Source: Octopus sinensis
Lineage: Eukaryota
Assembly (NCBI RefSeq): GCF_006345805.1
Contig: NC_042997.1
Location: 151,714,001-151,778,000 of the forward strand
Direction of reading: 5' to 3'
DNA: 64,000 nt
Positions 12,050-23,434 of the stretch are shown one piece after another (positions within the stretch are counted from its first letter, which is position 1; each line of letters begins with the position of its first letter). Below the pieces are notes generated by a model. The model made no database searches. It worked only from the letters and a program-made list of their open reading frames with translations, and was not told the DNA's origin. A program made the position numbers and the translations under genes.

Positions 12050-12225
12050 TCTTCTTCTTCTTCTTCTTCTTCTTCTTCTTCTTCTCTTCTTCTTCTTCTT
12101 CTTCTTCTTCTTCTTCTTCTTCTTCTTCTTCTCTTCTTCTTCTTCCCCTTCTTCTTTCTTTCCCTCTCCCTCTACTTCACTTTCGTCTTCTATTCGTTTT
12201 CCTCCTCCTCTTCCCCTTTCTTCTT
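12050..12225 (+). repeat. Imperfect (CTT)n polypyrimidine tract
   Basis: Direct reading. Confidence 0.95.
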
Positions 12226-12574
12226 GGTATCATTATACGTATCCATCCTATTGATACCCCCTGTCCCCCCACATAATATCTTCTTCTCATACTCATCCTG
12301 CATACACACTTTAATTTTTTCCTTTTATATTTCCTCCCGATATTTTCCTAACAACAAAGTCTGTAAGACGCACAATGTAATAACACGCCTTTGATGCAAC
12401 TCTGAAGATGCGCCACTCCAATGCCTAAAAAAGCAAATGTTACGTATTTTTTCTTTTAGAACTTTCATGTAAACTGGTTTTGCAAATGGTGATGGTATGA
12501 AAACCTGTATAACATACAATTAAATATGTGTTCAATAATTTTCCTTGTTTTCTTCTTTTCATTGGATTATTTAC

Positions 12575-12697
12575 TCTTCGCCAAACCATCTGACGGTATT
12601 GTCGTCGAGAAACTTGGATTTTCTACACCAAAAGTATTCAGGCTTTGGCTTGGATCCTGGCAGTGTTGATAGTCCATTATCCGGGTTGAGTGCTTCT
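12575..12697 (-). CDS. Candidate 123-nt internal coding exon of an unidentified gene
   Basis: Acceptor TATATTTACAG| at 12700-12698 and donor |GTAAAT at 12574. Unique sequence, richer in GC than the flanks, length divisible by 3. Two frames are open; the phase-1 frame (E)KHSTRIMDYQHCQDPSQSLNTFGVENPSFSTTIPSDGLAK fits the 18.8-kb exon. No recognised homology. Confidence 0.4.
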
Positions 12698-12714
12698 CTG
12701 TAAATATACCTAGT

Positions 12715-13008
12715 TGACAACCCTCATGGATCCGGATTCAATGTCACTGCGTGGCACATTCGGCAGCTGTTTTCTACAATAGCCTCTAACCTACCAATGC
12801 CTGGTGAGTGAATCTGGTAGACGGAAACTGAAAGAAGCCCGTCGTATGTGTGTGTGTGCTTGTGTGTGTGTTTGTCCTCCCACATCGCTTGACAATCGAT
12901 GTTGGTGTGTTTACGTCCCCGTAACTTAGCGGTTCGGCAAAAGAGAATAATAGAATAAGTACTAGGCTTACAAAGAATAAGTCCTGGGTCAATTTACTCG
13001 ACTAAACT
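12715..13008 (+). mobile_element. SINE family B copy
   Basis: GGATTCAATGTCACTGCGTGGCAC head remnant, GGTAGACGGAAACTGAAAGAAGCCCGTCG, (TG)n, GGTGTGTTTACGTCCCCGTAACTTAGCGGTTCGGCAAAAGAG, CTCGACTAAA. Confidence 0.9.
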
Positions 13009-13081
13009 CTACTAAATTTTACTTTACCCTAAACTCTAGCCTATAATGATATTCTCAGACACACATGGAGTGACAGTATCA

Positions 13082-13250
13082 AAATCTTTTCTACTCTACA
13101 CACAAGGCCCGAAATTTGGGCTGGTACTTAATTTATCGACCCCGAAAGGATGAAAGGCAAAGTCAACCTCGGCGGAATTTGAACACAGAACGTAAAGACA
13201 GACAAAATACCGCTAAGCATTTCGCCCGCCGTGCTAACGCTTCTGCCAAC
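13082..13250 (-). mobile_element. SINE family A variant (internally deleted)
   Basis: Reverse complement of the family A head and core (CTTTGCCTTTCATCCTTTCGGGGTCGATAAATTAAGTACCAG) with an AATTTCGGGCCTTGTG-type tail. Confidence 0.85.
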
Positions 13251-14012
13251 ACGCGGCAACATCAAAGTGGAGAAAGTAGTTTATTAAACTTTCGATATAA
13301 TTCTAAGCATTTATATATCCAGAAACTTTGTAAGTCGTGCAAACATGTCTTGTCCATACTGCAAGCATAAAAACAAGTAAATATTGGATTGTTCTCGTCT
13401 GAGTATCTGTCTTTCCTAGATCATTCACCCCAAGATCAAGACGTGCACGAAGACAGGAGTTATCCTATAAACCAAATTATAACCGCAAAACCCACATTTG
13501 TTTAGGCAATTTGAAAATGTGCAAAGCCGAGATAGATAGAGCCTGCTTAACAGCCTGTAAGTGGTATGGAGAAATATAGGATGTGAACACGGTTAAGGCG
13601 GTGTCTAGTTTACTTAGTATTCTATGGAGCAATTAAGATTTACCGAGTTTTATTCACAAGGAATAGCTGCAAGGTACTAATCGGCAATAAGCATTCTGTC
13701 TCTTATGAAGATGTGAAATGCCGTAAGACAAACATCTTGTCAGATTCTTTCCCGCTTTGTCAATCAAAGAAAAGATAAAAACACTGCGTTGTAATCATTT
13801 TAATTTTTTCTTTTGTGAAGCGAAAGAATGATATATACATAGCATGTGTACACATACACAAATACATAAATGAATAAATACATACATATATGCATATATA
13901 AATACATACATATATACAGACATACACACACATGCACATATATACACACACTCACACACACACATATATATATATATATAATATATATACATATGCATAT
14001 ATATATAACTCA

Positions 14013-14390
14013 TATTCTTTTACTTGCTCCAGTCATCTGACTGCCGCCACGCTGGAGCACCTCCCTCCACGATTTTAGTCGATCAAATCGATCCTACGAC
14101 GTTTTAAAAGCCTTGTACCTATTCTGTTGACGTCTTTAGGCGAACCGCTAAGTTAAAGGGATACAAACACATCAACACTAGTTGTCAAGCGGAGATTTGT
14201 GGGCGAACCACAGACACAAAAAACACACATAGATACATATGTATGCATACACATATACATACATACATACATACATACAACATACATACATACATACATA
14301 CATATATACATACATACATACATACATACATACATACATACATACATACATACATACATACATACATACATACATACATACATACATACA

Positions 14391-14426
<36 letters not shown>

Positions 14427-14830
14427 CATACATATGTGTGTGTGTGTATGTATATATATATATATATATAGTGAATCCAAACAAAGACGAATAAACATGA
14501 AAAAATAACAACGTGAGGATATGGTACAAGTAATGTATTATCAGACGCTTAGGAAAGGAAAGAAAGAGGTTTCTTCACGTTTCGAAGAAAGCGCTTCTTC
14601 AGAAATAGAGGAAAGTTCAATAGAAGGGAAGACAGAGGAAGAAAATCGCCAATGATCCAAACGTGCTTACATTTTATATATATATTTGAAAGACTTCTTT
14701 CAGTTTCCGTCAGCCAAATCCATTCACAAGACTTTGGTCCGACCGAGGCTATACTAGAAGACATTTGCCGTAGGTGCCTCACAGTGTTACTGAACACAGA
14801 ACTATGTGATTGGGAAGCAAACTTCTTACC
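14013..14830 (-). mobile_element. SINE family B copy split by an expanded (TACA)n tract and a nested hammerhead-like element
   Basis: 3' part at 14013-14215 (GCTGGAGCACC...GAACCGCTAAGTT) and head at 14690-14830 (CTTCTTTCAGTTTCCGTC...CTTCTTACC). (TACA)n at ~14240-14430. Confidence 0.8.
14470..14670 (-). mobile_element. ~200-bp element with a hammerhead-ribozyme-like core (subfamily X)
   Basis: Minus strand reads CTGAAGA-agcgctttcttc-GAAACGT...AAGCGTC. Homologous to 49520-49705. The 3' end abuts (TA)n. Confidence 0.65.
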
Positions 14831-15099
14831 TCATGTACGTATATGCATGTGTGTGCGTGCGTGTGTTTACGTGTATGCATCTGTATACATGTGTTTATAT
14901 ATGTGAGGATGCATGGCGTAGAGGGTAGCGTGTTGTACTCACGATCGCGAGATAGTGGTTTTGATTCCTAGATCTTGCGGCAAAACACTTCATCTTACTT
15001 CGACATCTGACATGCGGTACGCCGTATACCTGTTCAAGCAATGTCGATGTGATGGAGACAGTGAGCTAATGAACGGCACACACATTGATTATTCTAAAC

Positions 15100-16882
15100 C
15101 AGTGGTTCTTAATCTGGGGGCGTCAGTAATTTCCAAGTGGGGCGCGACCTCTTCAGAAAAAAGCAAGAGTTTCTCTAATTACATTTGATATTCTATTAAG
15201 TAAAGCATGGTCAAATAATAAGCTTATGAAAAAATGCAAAAGTATCGCCTGATACCTTTAGTTTTCTTATTCTGCTATCTTAGCGGTGCCTACCTTTTTC
15301 TGTATTTATTGAACTCCGCCTTCATATCCCTCAAAACCCTCACTAATTCCAAATTGTAGCTTTGCCTTCATTTTGTAATTTTTGTTTTTGTTACAAGACT
15401 CGGGTTAAGAACCACTGGTATAAAGCTTAGATGTTATTATCGTGTAAAGACAAACATATTTTTCAGTTAATAGATTATAAACTAGTTTGATCCAGTTTTC
15501 ATATATATGAAATAATGTGATACTTAAAAATAAAGAGACATGCTGAAACATTATCAAATCATAATAGTAACATACTAAGAAATATTAACTTAATTTAAAA
15601 AATTGAAAACTATATTAAAATTTTAGCGAGATGAAATGGGTAATATATTTAAAAATTGGAAGTAAAGCATAAATTATGAAATAGGTTCTACTATCGCTCA
15701 ATTTGATAAAGTTTTGAGAATAACTTTTTAAAAACATTGGAAAAATATAAAAGTTTAACAATAAATTCAAATTTTTTAATATTAAATGTTTATGTTAAAA
15801 ATATAATAAATGTTTTTGTAAGAAAAAATTATAATATAATAAGCTAAATGTTAAAACTAAAATTAATATTTAAATATTTCAGAGAGTTGTAGATAAAACT
15901 AAAAGCTATAAAAAATCTATTCTTTTTAAAGAATTTTTAAATATATTTTCGTACAAATAAATACAATATTTTATTTTACAAATTTTTCGTATAACGTTTC
16001 TTTTAACTTAACTTTTATTTCAAAATATTTTATTTTTATTTTTTCCAGAACTTTTTACTCCAAGCGTTCTAACTTTGGCTAGCGTTCTAACTTGGGCCTT
16101 GACATTACTTTACACATGCCTTATCTTTTGTTCACATATCTGTGTTGTTCACTGCACATCAAATAATTCGCAATGAGTGCAAAGAAGCGAAATTATCCTG
16201 GCTAATATATTCGATTTGAATTCGTGTACCTACAGAAGGGTAACACAGAAGTTCCCCAGTGTGTGATATGTTTGAGCAATGATGGAATGCGACCCTCACG
16301 CTTGGAACGCCACATGACGACAATACATCCTGCTCTTGCAGACAAGCCCAAGGCATTCTTTGATACAAAAAGACATTCTTTGAAACAAGCTAAGTTGGAC
16401 GGCAGTGAGGCATTTGGCAACAAACTTCAATGGTTGCTGAGGCTTCCTATAAGATCGCCATGTTGATTGCAAAGAGCAAGAAGAACTGTAACATCGGAGA
16501 GTCTCTCATAAAACCAAATCCACTCCGTGCAGCAGAACTCGTTCTGAGGAAAGATGGTGCAAACAAGCTTTCCCGGATTTTACTATCAAGCGATACAGTC
16601 AAAGGAAAGATCGACGACTTGTCTCAAGACATCAAAGATTAAATTCTTGACCAAGTTAAATATTCTCCTGCTTTTGCCAACCAGTTTGACGAAACGACTG
16701 ACATCACTCAGTTTTCTCAGCTGTTGGTATATGCAGTGTCAAGCATCTCACTAATGATGTGACTCATTCATATTCAATAAAAAGACTAAAAACACATTTT
16801 AGATTTTATTTAAAAGGGGGAGGGCGTGGAGAGAAGGACAAATTCCTAGGGGGCATGGTAGTAAAGAGGTTAAGAAACACTG
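15100..16882 (+). mobile_element. Buster-type hAT DNA transposon, internally deleted (1783 bp)
   Basis: TIRs CAGTGGTTCTTAA (15100) and TTAAGAAACACTG (16882). 8-bp TSD TTCTAAAC / CTCTAAAC with the nnnTAnnn Buster signature. An extra TIR-like end lies at 15405-15417. Confidence 0.85.
16173..16736 (+). pseudogene. N-terminal third of a Buster/Charlie-like hAT transposase
   Basis: MSAKKRNYPG*YIRFEFVYLQKGNTEVPQCVICLSNDGMRPSRLERHMTTIHPALADKPKAFF (BED-like finger)...EASYKIAMLIAKSKKNCNIGESLIKP...SSDTVKGKIDDLSQDIKD*ILDQVK...QFDETTDITQFSQLLVYA, with frameshifts. Confidence 0.9.
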
Positions 16883-17045
16883 CTCTAAACAGATCATATA
16901 CGCAGGTCCTTCACCAAAAGCCGAACCCTCATATGTCGTCTTCGACGGGAGAGTCCACTTTGTAAACACATGCATACATACATACATACATACATACATG
17001 CATACATACATACATACATGCATGCATGCATGCATACATACATAC

Positions 17046-17285
17046 GAGCTGGCAGAATCGTTAGCACGGCGGACGAAATGCTTACCGGTATTTCGTCTGC
17101 CGCTACGTTTTAAGTTCAAATTCCACCGAGGTTGACTTTGCCTTTCATGGGTTTTTTTTTGGGGGGGGGGGTCGATTAAATAAGTACCAGTTACGCAGTG
17201 GGGTGGATGTAATCGACTTAATCCCTTTGTCTGTCCTTGTTTGTCCTCTCTATGTTTAGCCCCCTGTAGGCAATAAATAAATAAA
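17046..17285 (+). mobile_element. SINE family A copy
   Basis: GAGCTGGCAGAATCGTTAGC...AAGTTCAAATTCC...CTATGTTTAGCCCC...AATAAATAAAT. Confidence 0.9.
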
Positions 17286-17296
17286 TATACATATAA

Positions 17297-17338
<42 letters not shown>

Positions 17339-17393
17339 GAGTACATATATATGTGTACACACATACACATGTATACACACGTACGCGCACACG

Positions 17394-17445
<52 letters not shown>

Positions 17446-18165
17446 CATAAGTCGGCTTGTATACTTCTATATATACACTTTCCTATATGTTGTCTAAGTG
17501 GGTGTGAGTGCATGTGACCGACGAGTGTGTGTGTATGTGAATGTTTGTGCGTGTATGTGTGTGCCTAAGTAATAATATGTGTGTGTGCGAGTGCTGGGAT
17601 GTGCGTGTCTGAACGCGTAAATGAGTTGATTATTGAAATTTGGCACCGCATCAGAGTCGATATTCAACACTGTATATCTGCCATGGGTAAGGATCAGTCG
17701 AATATATCCACTTATATATACAATTAGACCATCAGTTATATAATTGACAATTATTTTATTGCTAGGCAGTAATTAATGATGTCTACACGAAATTAACATT
17801 GAAAAGTCGTCCGATATTCCGGTTAAGTTTCATTCATCAAATTTGACTAAATTACATTATCATTTTTTTCTCATAGAATTTGGCTACTTTTATTTTCATT
17901 TTTACACTTCAAAGGATTATTTTATTGTTAATGTGTTGGTCAATAATTCAATAGCTTCATAAACATAGAGAAACATGGTTGATTCATTATTAACACTGAC
18001 AGAAACATAACTGCTCTACTAAGTAACAAACTGTTGTTGGTGTTAAATTTATATACCTTTGATAATAATATAATGCGACGACGAACAAATCGTTACATAT
18101 TAACGCTTTTCCAATACTTCGGGAGCCAATTCAACGTACAGGCAATGTACATACCCATAATCCAC

Positions 18166-18196
<31 letters not shown>

Positions 18197-18479
18197 ATAC
18201 ACACATCTGTATGTGTTTATGTTAGTGTGTGTCTGTGTATATATATATATATGTATATCAACATTCATCTCTCACTATTCTCTCTGTCTCTCTCTGTCTT
18301 TGTCTCTCTCTTTCTCTCTTTCTCTCTCTATATATATATGTACACACACACACACATACACACACACACACACACACATATATATGACCATTATCTTATT
18401 TATATTGCGTTATTTGTATTCCGCAAATATTCATGAGGTTGATGGTCACTACCTTCTTCGCACTTTGCTATACATTCAC

Positions 18480-18539
<60 letters not shown>

Positions 18540-18764
18540 CGCGTAGTGACAAGGAAAATCTAATGCAAAATGAATTAGTAATTAACTGCGCTGTTAAACA
18601 TCTGCGCACGCGCGCACTCATATACACATACACACACACAGACACGCACACACACTCACACAAACACACACATACACACCGATGACCTGCGTCACATGCA
18701 AACGAAAAGCATCCGCATCCAATACAGCACAGCTCACGCGAGTGTATAACTTTGTAACACGTAC

Positions 18765-18860
18765 CGTACTTTCGCTTATCCTTCTGGGTGCCCATGTTGT
18801 CGAGAGTAGATATAGACACACCTCAGCCTTTACCTATGGACATATCCGGGATGTCGAACC
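18765..18860 (-). CDS. Candidate exon (96 nt, or a 27-nt microexon 18834-18860) with possible start MGTQKDKRKY
   Basis: Strong acceptor CTAATACTGGTTCTCTCCATTTTAG| (branch-like CTAAT plus pyrimidine tract). Two donors, AG|GTAAAG (18833) and CG|GTACGT (18764), are both phase 1 in the same frame. ATG at 18795 is in AACATGG context with an upstream in-frame TGA. Confidence 0.4.
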
Positions 18861-18979
18861 CTAAAATGGAGAGAACCAGTATTAGATTTTAGTTATTTTA
18901 TATTTGTATAGACTAGGGCAATGAAAAATGAAGATATTTGCAAAAGAGACAATTTTTTTTATCTGTCCAGAAAATAAAT

Positions 18980-19435
18980 GGATCTTTTCGGTTTGAACGG
19001 CAATTTTTCTAGCGGTGTAATATGAAATTGTCATCCATAATTATGACCCTAGTATCGATCTATTGCATTTCAATCTGTTTAAGGGTTAAGGTTAAAGTTA
19101 GGTTTAGTTAGGGTTAGGGTTAGGGTTAGGGTTAGGGGTGGGGGGAAGGATATCTTTTTTTCTTCAGAAATGTAAATAAGCCCAATTTGTTTCTTAAACG
19201 TGGGACATATTCATACGGCACAGAATGTTTTCACCTCAAAAGACGTCATTGATTGGTTGAAATTACAGAAATTGAAGGAAAAAAACAACAAATATCTTAC
19301 AAACTATAGAATTTTCTCAATAAAGCCAAGAGAAAAAGATGTTTTATAAACGCATTCTACCAGTATACGAAGTTTAAAAGTGTTTAGTTACGTGGAAATT
19401 ATTTTAAAAAACTGCCGGTCAAACCGAAAAGATCC
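18980..19435. mobile_element. 456-bp MITE with GG termini, 8-bp TSD and an internal (TTAGGG)n tract (Merlin-like)
   Basis: TIRs GGATCTTTTCGGTTTGAACGGCA / TGCCGGTCAAACCGAAAAGATCC. Perfect TSD AAATAAAT at 18972-18979 and 19436-19443. Five perfect TTAGGG units at 19108-19137. Confidence 0.85.
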
Positions 19436-19937
19436 AAATAAATTTAAATTCGTATGATTATATGCGAAACCTAGTACTTACTAGGTGAAGTGTCTTCATA
19501 AGAAAATTCCCGTTGCTAACATAGACTTAATTACCAATACACTTCAGTTTCCCAATACACTCCCACGGAGTTTTAATTTCCTTGTACATGGTATCTGTTA
19601 CAATGTCCAAATTGTTCTTTGAATTCGATTGTTCCATATCGCTTCTAGCTAGGCCCACGCAAGACACCTGCTGAAACACCTCTCATTTCTGCCTGTCCCT
19701 CACTTCAGGCCACACATAGAGCAATATGCACAACGCTTTTTTTTAAAATTCGGAGTCATGACTATATTAGTGCTGTATATTTCAATCTTAATATTATTAT
19801 GGACAGGATCAATCCCGTCTTTTTCGAACGCAAAACAAAACTCTTTTTCACTCATCCTCTGAAGTGAACCACGTACATATGTGTTGGTTTGTATACATAC
19901 GAGTGTTTGTGATGTAGATATATCGAGAGAAAAATAC

Positions 19938-19997
<60 letters not shown>

Positions 19998-20366
19998 AGA
20001 GATAGATAAAATGAGTGGGTGAGTGAATGAGTGAATGAGTGAAAGATATGTATATCGTCTCTTTGCCAAGATCACAAACTAAAATCTATAGAATTTGGAT
20101 ATTTCCTGTCATATAAATGACGTGCTTTTGTCTATAGCATCTGACCGTATCAGTAATAGTTACCACATTGCCATATATTTAAAGACAATAAGCAGCAAGA
20201 ATTGATAATATTAACGGATTCTTTCCAGGCAATTCAAATTGAATTTCTAAGGTGTGGGGTGGATTTTGCTAGGCTGTATTTGTCTGACGTACATCATAGG
20301 AACGGCCTAATATGCCAAAAGACTCAGTGATATGTGCATAAGTTTTTATGTGAGTAGGTGTTTACG

Positions 20367-20397
<31 letters not shown>

Positions 20398-20668
20398 GGG
20401 GGGGGTGAGTGTATGTATATACATATGTATGTATGTATAGTGCAAAGTATCAATTCGTAAATGTACAATGGTATTGTGCAATGTGTAGCATGCATATTGA
20501 AGCAGACATAAAATTATTTATTATACCCTGAAATTATTATTACATGATGAATGCTGCAAAAATGCAGTTATTCTACAAACATCAAGTGGTTAAATAAATA
20601 TATACACCTCTCATACCGCCTGACTTTTGTATGATCTCTGTCTGTCTGTCTCTCTCTATATATACATA

Positions 20669-20877
<209 letters not shown>

Positions 20878-20907
20878 TAGATATCAGATAAATAATATAT
20901 ATATATG

Positions 20908-21800
20908 AACAAGGGTAAAAATTATTAGAAATAATTTATACCGGTGGTTAGCATGTGTAAGAAAAGAAACAGAAGACAAATATTTTTATAACATATATGA
21001 ATGTATAAAAAATTATATACGAAAACAACTATGTGGACTTCTTACTTGCTAAAAAGGCTAGTCCGATCCCAAACCACGTATTCAAGTTTCATAATTATAT
21101 ATTTTCCAGCCACGAATAATTAATTCATCAATTAATTAAATAATTAATTGATATATTTGATCATTTGATCATGGTTTGGGATGTGACTGCACTTTTTTGC
21201 ACGTAAGAATTTCACATTGTGGTCTTTTGTCCGTGTATTTACTTTTATGCTTTTATATATATTATAAAAATATTTATGTATTCTGACCTCTCTTACGCAT
21301 GGTATAAATTATTACTGGTATAAATTATTTTTAATACTTTTTATTCCTGTATTTATATATTTAAGTATTTCAATTCTTGGGCCAGATAATTCACTGTTGA
21401 ATTTATTCTCTGCTGTAATATTCTGACTCGGCACGTTGATTGAGGACAATCGATTTGAAATCTTGATGCATAAGGATGGAACTTAATACGCACGTGTTTA
21501 CTTTGTATTTTCGGTACGTATTCGAGTTTCATAATTATATATTTTCCAGTCACTTTACTGACGTGCCACGGATGGTTAATTCATCAGTTAATTAACTAAT
21601 TAATTGATTTATTTGATCATTAACAGGGAACCACCCAGGTATAGAGTTAACTGAGAGTTTTATACTTTAAAGTGTCCTATTTCTTTACAATCAATGCGCC
21701 ATAGATTAGAAAGATTTTTCGTGGTTTGGGATCTGACTGCTCTCTTTAGCTCGTAAGAAGTCCACATAAGGGTCTTCTTTCCGTGTATAAATTTTTATAC
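20908..21800. repeat. Inverted-plus-direct repeat complex flanked by (TA)n (layout A-inverted, B, A, spacer, B', C, A)
   Basis: Block A (GTGGTTTGGGAT..GACT...GTAAGAA.T.CACAT...) is inverted at ~20910-21078 and direct at ~21171-21350 and ~21720-21800. Block B (GTATTC.AGTTTCATAATTATATATTTTCCAG...TTTGATCAT) is at ~21079 and ~21517. Confidence 0.75.
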
Positions 21801-21801
21801 A

Positions 21802-21855
<54 letters not shown>

Positions 21856-21856
21856 A

Positions 21857-21988
<132 letters not shown>

Positions 21989-22002
21989 GATCTATCTATC
22001 TA

Positions 22003-22049
<47 letters not shown>

Positions 22050-23235
22050 GTGATAACTAAAAATATATGCATACATACAAACATATATGTACGTACCTAC
22101 ATCTACATGTATATATACATGCACATATAAATAAATATACGTAGTTACAAGACGCCACAACAAGACGTAGAAACGGGAAAAACAAAAATTTTACAAGTAC
22201 AGGACAGGCTACACAAGGAAAAATCCAACGGAATCTGAAGCTATATATACCGATATGTATGGATGTATGTATGGATGGATGTGTTATGCGTGCGTATGTA
22301 TGTGTACAGATTTCCTTTCTATGAGTCCCAGCTATGTTTTATCTGCTGAACCAGTAGATTAAGATCTTGTGCTTGAGTTGACGAACCTTTTTCCTCCCTA
22401 TCTCCAATGACCTCTCCCGTTCCCCTGGTTTCAATTTTGTGAAACAGCTCCCTGTTGGTTAAGTGCTTTTTTTCGCGTAAATCATGATTATTTCCAATGT
22501 CATCTCTCATATACACATTTTTATCTCACATTCAACAAATATCTTTCGTTTTCTCCAGCAATAACTTAAATTACTCGCGCAAAGGCTCTTGTTCCTTATT
22601 CTGTAAACGTCATGTCGGATTTATAGGTATATACAATCGTTTCTTTATAGAAATCATTAATTGAAAGGGATGCACAAGTAATATAACTTTGGAAGTAAGA
22701 CAATTTCTCACTCAATACTTTTCTCCACCCGGGCAAAGATATATTGAAAATCAGCGACCTTCAAGGAGTGATAATGTCACACGGACAAAATACAGACAAG
22801 CAGTTGGTTATAGCTTTCAAGTAGCATTAGCTTATCTGCACGATATAAAAGCATGGCTTTTGATTGAAAGTTGACCTAAATGCTTTCTTTGTAGAAATTT
22901 GAAGAAATCTTTATCATTATAATATTGAACGCATAAATCAGTATCTTAGTTGAGTCCATTTTCGTCCTTCGAAAAAAAAAAAAGTTATTTCAAGGTAAAT
23001 TAAACCCAACCCATCAACAGCGAATATTTTATTAGTCGTCATAATCCCCAACGTAGCAATAGTTTTTCTAATAAGTATTTGTTTGTCCTTTAGGAATATC
23101 ATTTGAATCTGAATGCCAACAGAAATATCAGTGATTAATTTTCTTTTTAACATACGGATACAATCTCATTTCTAAGCCTTCTGAAATTACACAGAAGAGG
23201 CTTAAAGTGTTTCATTCTAATATTCACGGCACTCA

Positions 23236-23434
23236 GGGCGGTGAGCTGGCTCGCTGACCGAAATGCTTAGCGGTATTTCGTTTGTCTTTACGTTCTGAGT
23301 TCAAATTTCGCCGAGGCCGACTTTGCCTTTCATCCTTTCGGGGTCGATAAATTAAGTACCAGTTGCGTACTGAGTCGATCTAATCAACTAGCCTTCTCCC
23401 CAATACTTCGGGTCTTGTGCCTATAGTAGAAAAG
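23236..23434 (+). mobile_element. SINE family A variant with a degenerate 17-bp TSD
   Basis: Family A core. Flanks AATATTCACGGCACTCA (23219-23235) and AATATTTACGCCGCTCA (23435-23451). Confidence 0.85.

Larger units (their letters stand above)
14905..16955 (+). mobile_element. SINE family C copy interrupted by the hAT element (parts 14905-15099 and 16883-16955)
   Basis: tRNA-like head ATGGCGTAGAGGGTAGCGTG...GGTTTTGATTCC. After the hAT TSD the tail resumes as GCCGAACCCTCATATGTCGTCTTCGACG, matching GCCGAATCCCCCCTACGTCGTTTAACGACG at ~38946 in another family C copy. Confidence 0.75.

Noticed and set aside
12325-12423. Next minus-strand exon after 12575 (acceptor TAACATTTGCTTTTTTAG)
   Set aside because: In the favoured frame it stops after ~25 codons and has no good donor, so it was not called.
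19078-19140. Chromosome end or fusion scar
   Set aside because: The TTAGGG tract is short and lies inside a TIR- and TSD-bounded element.
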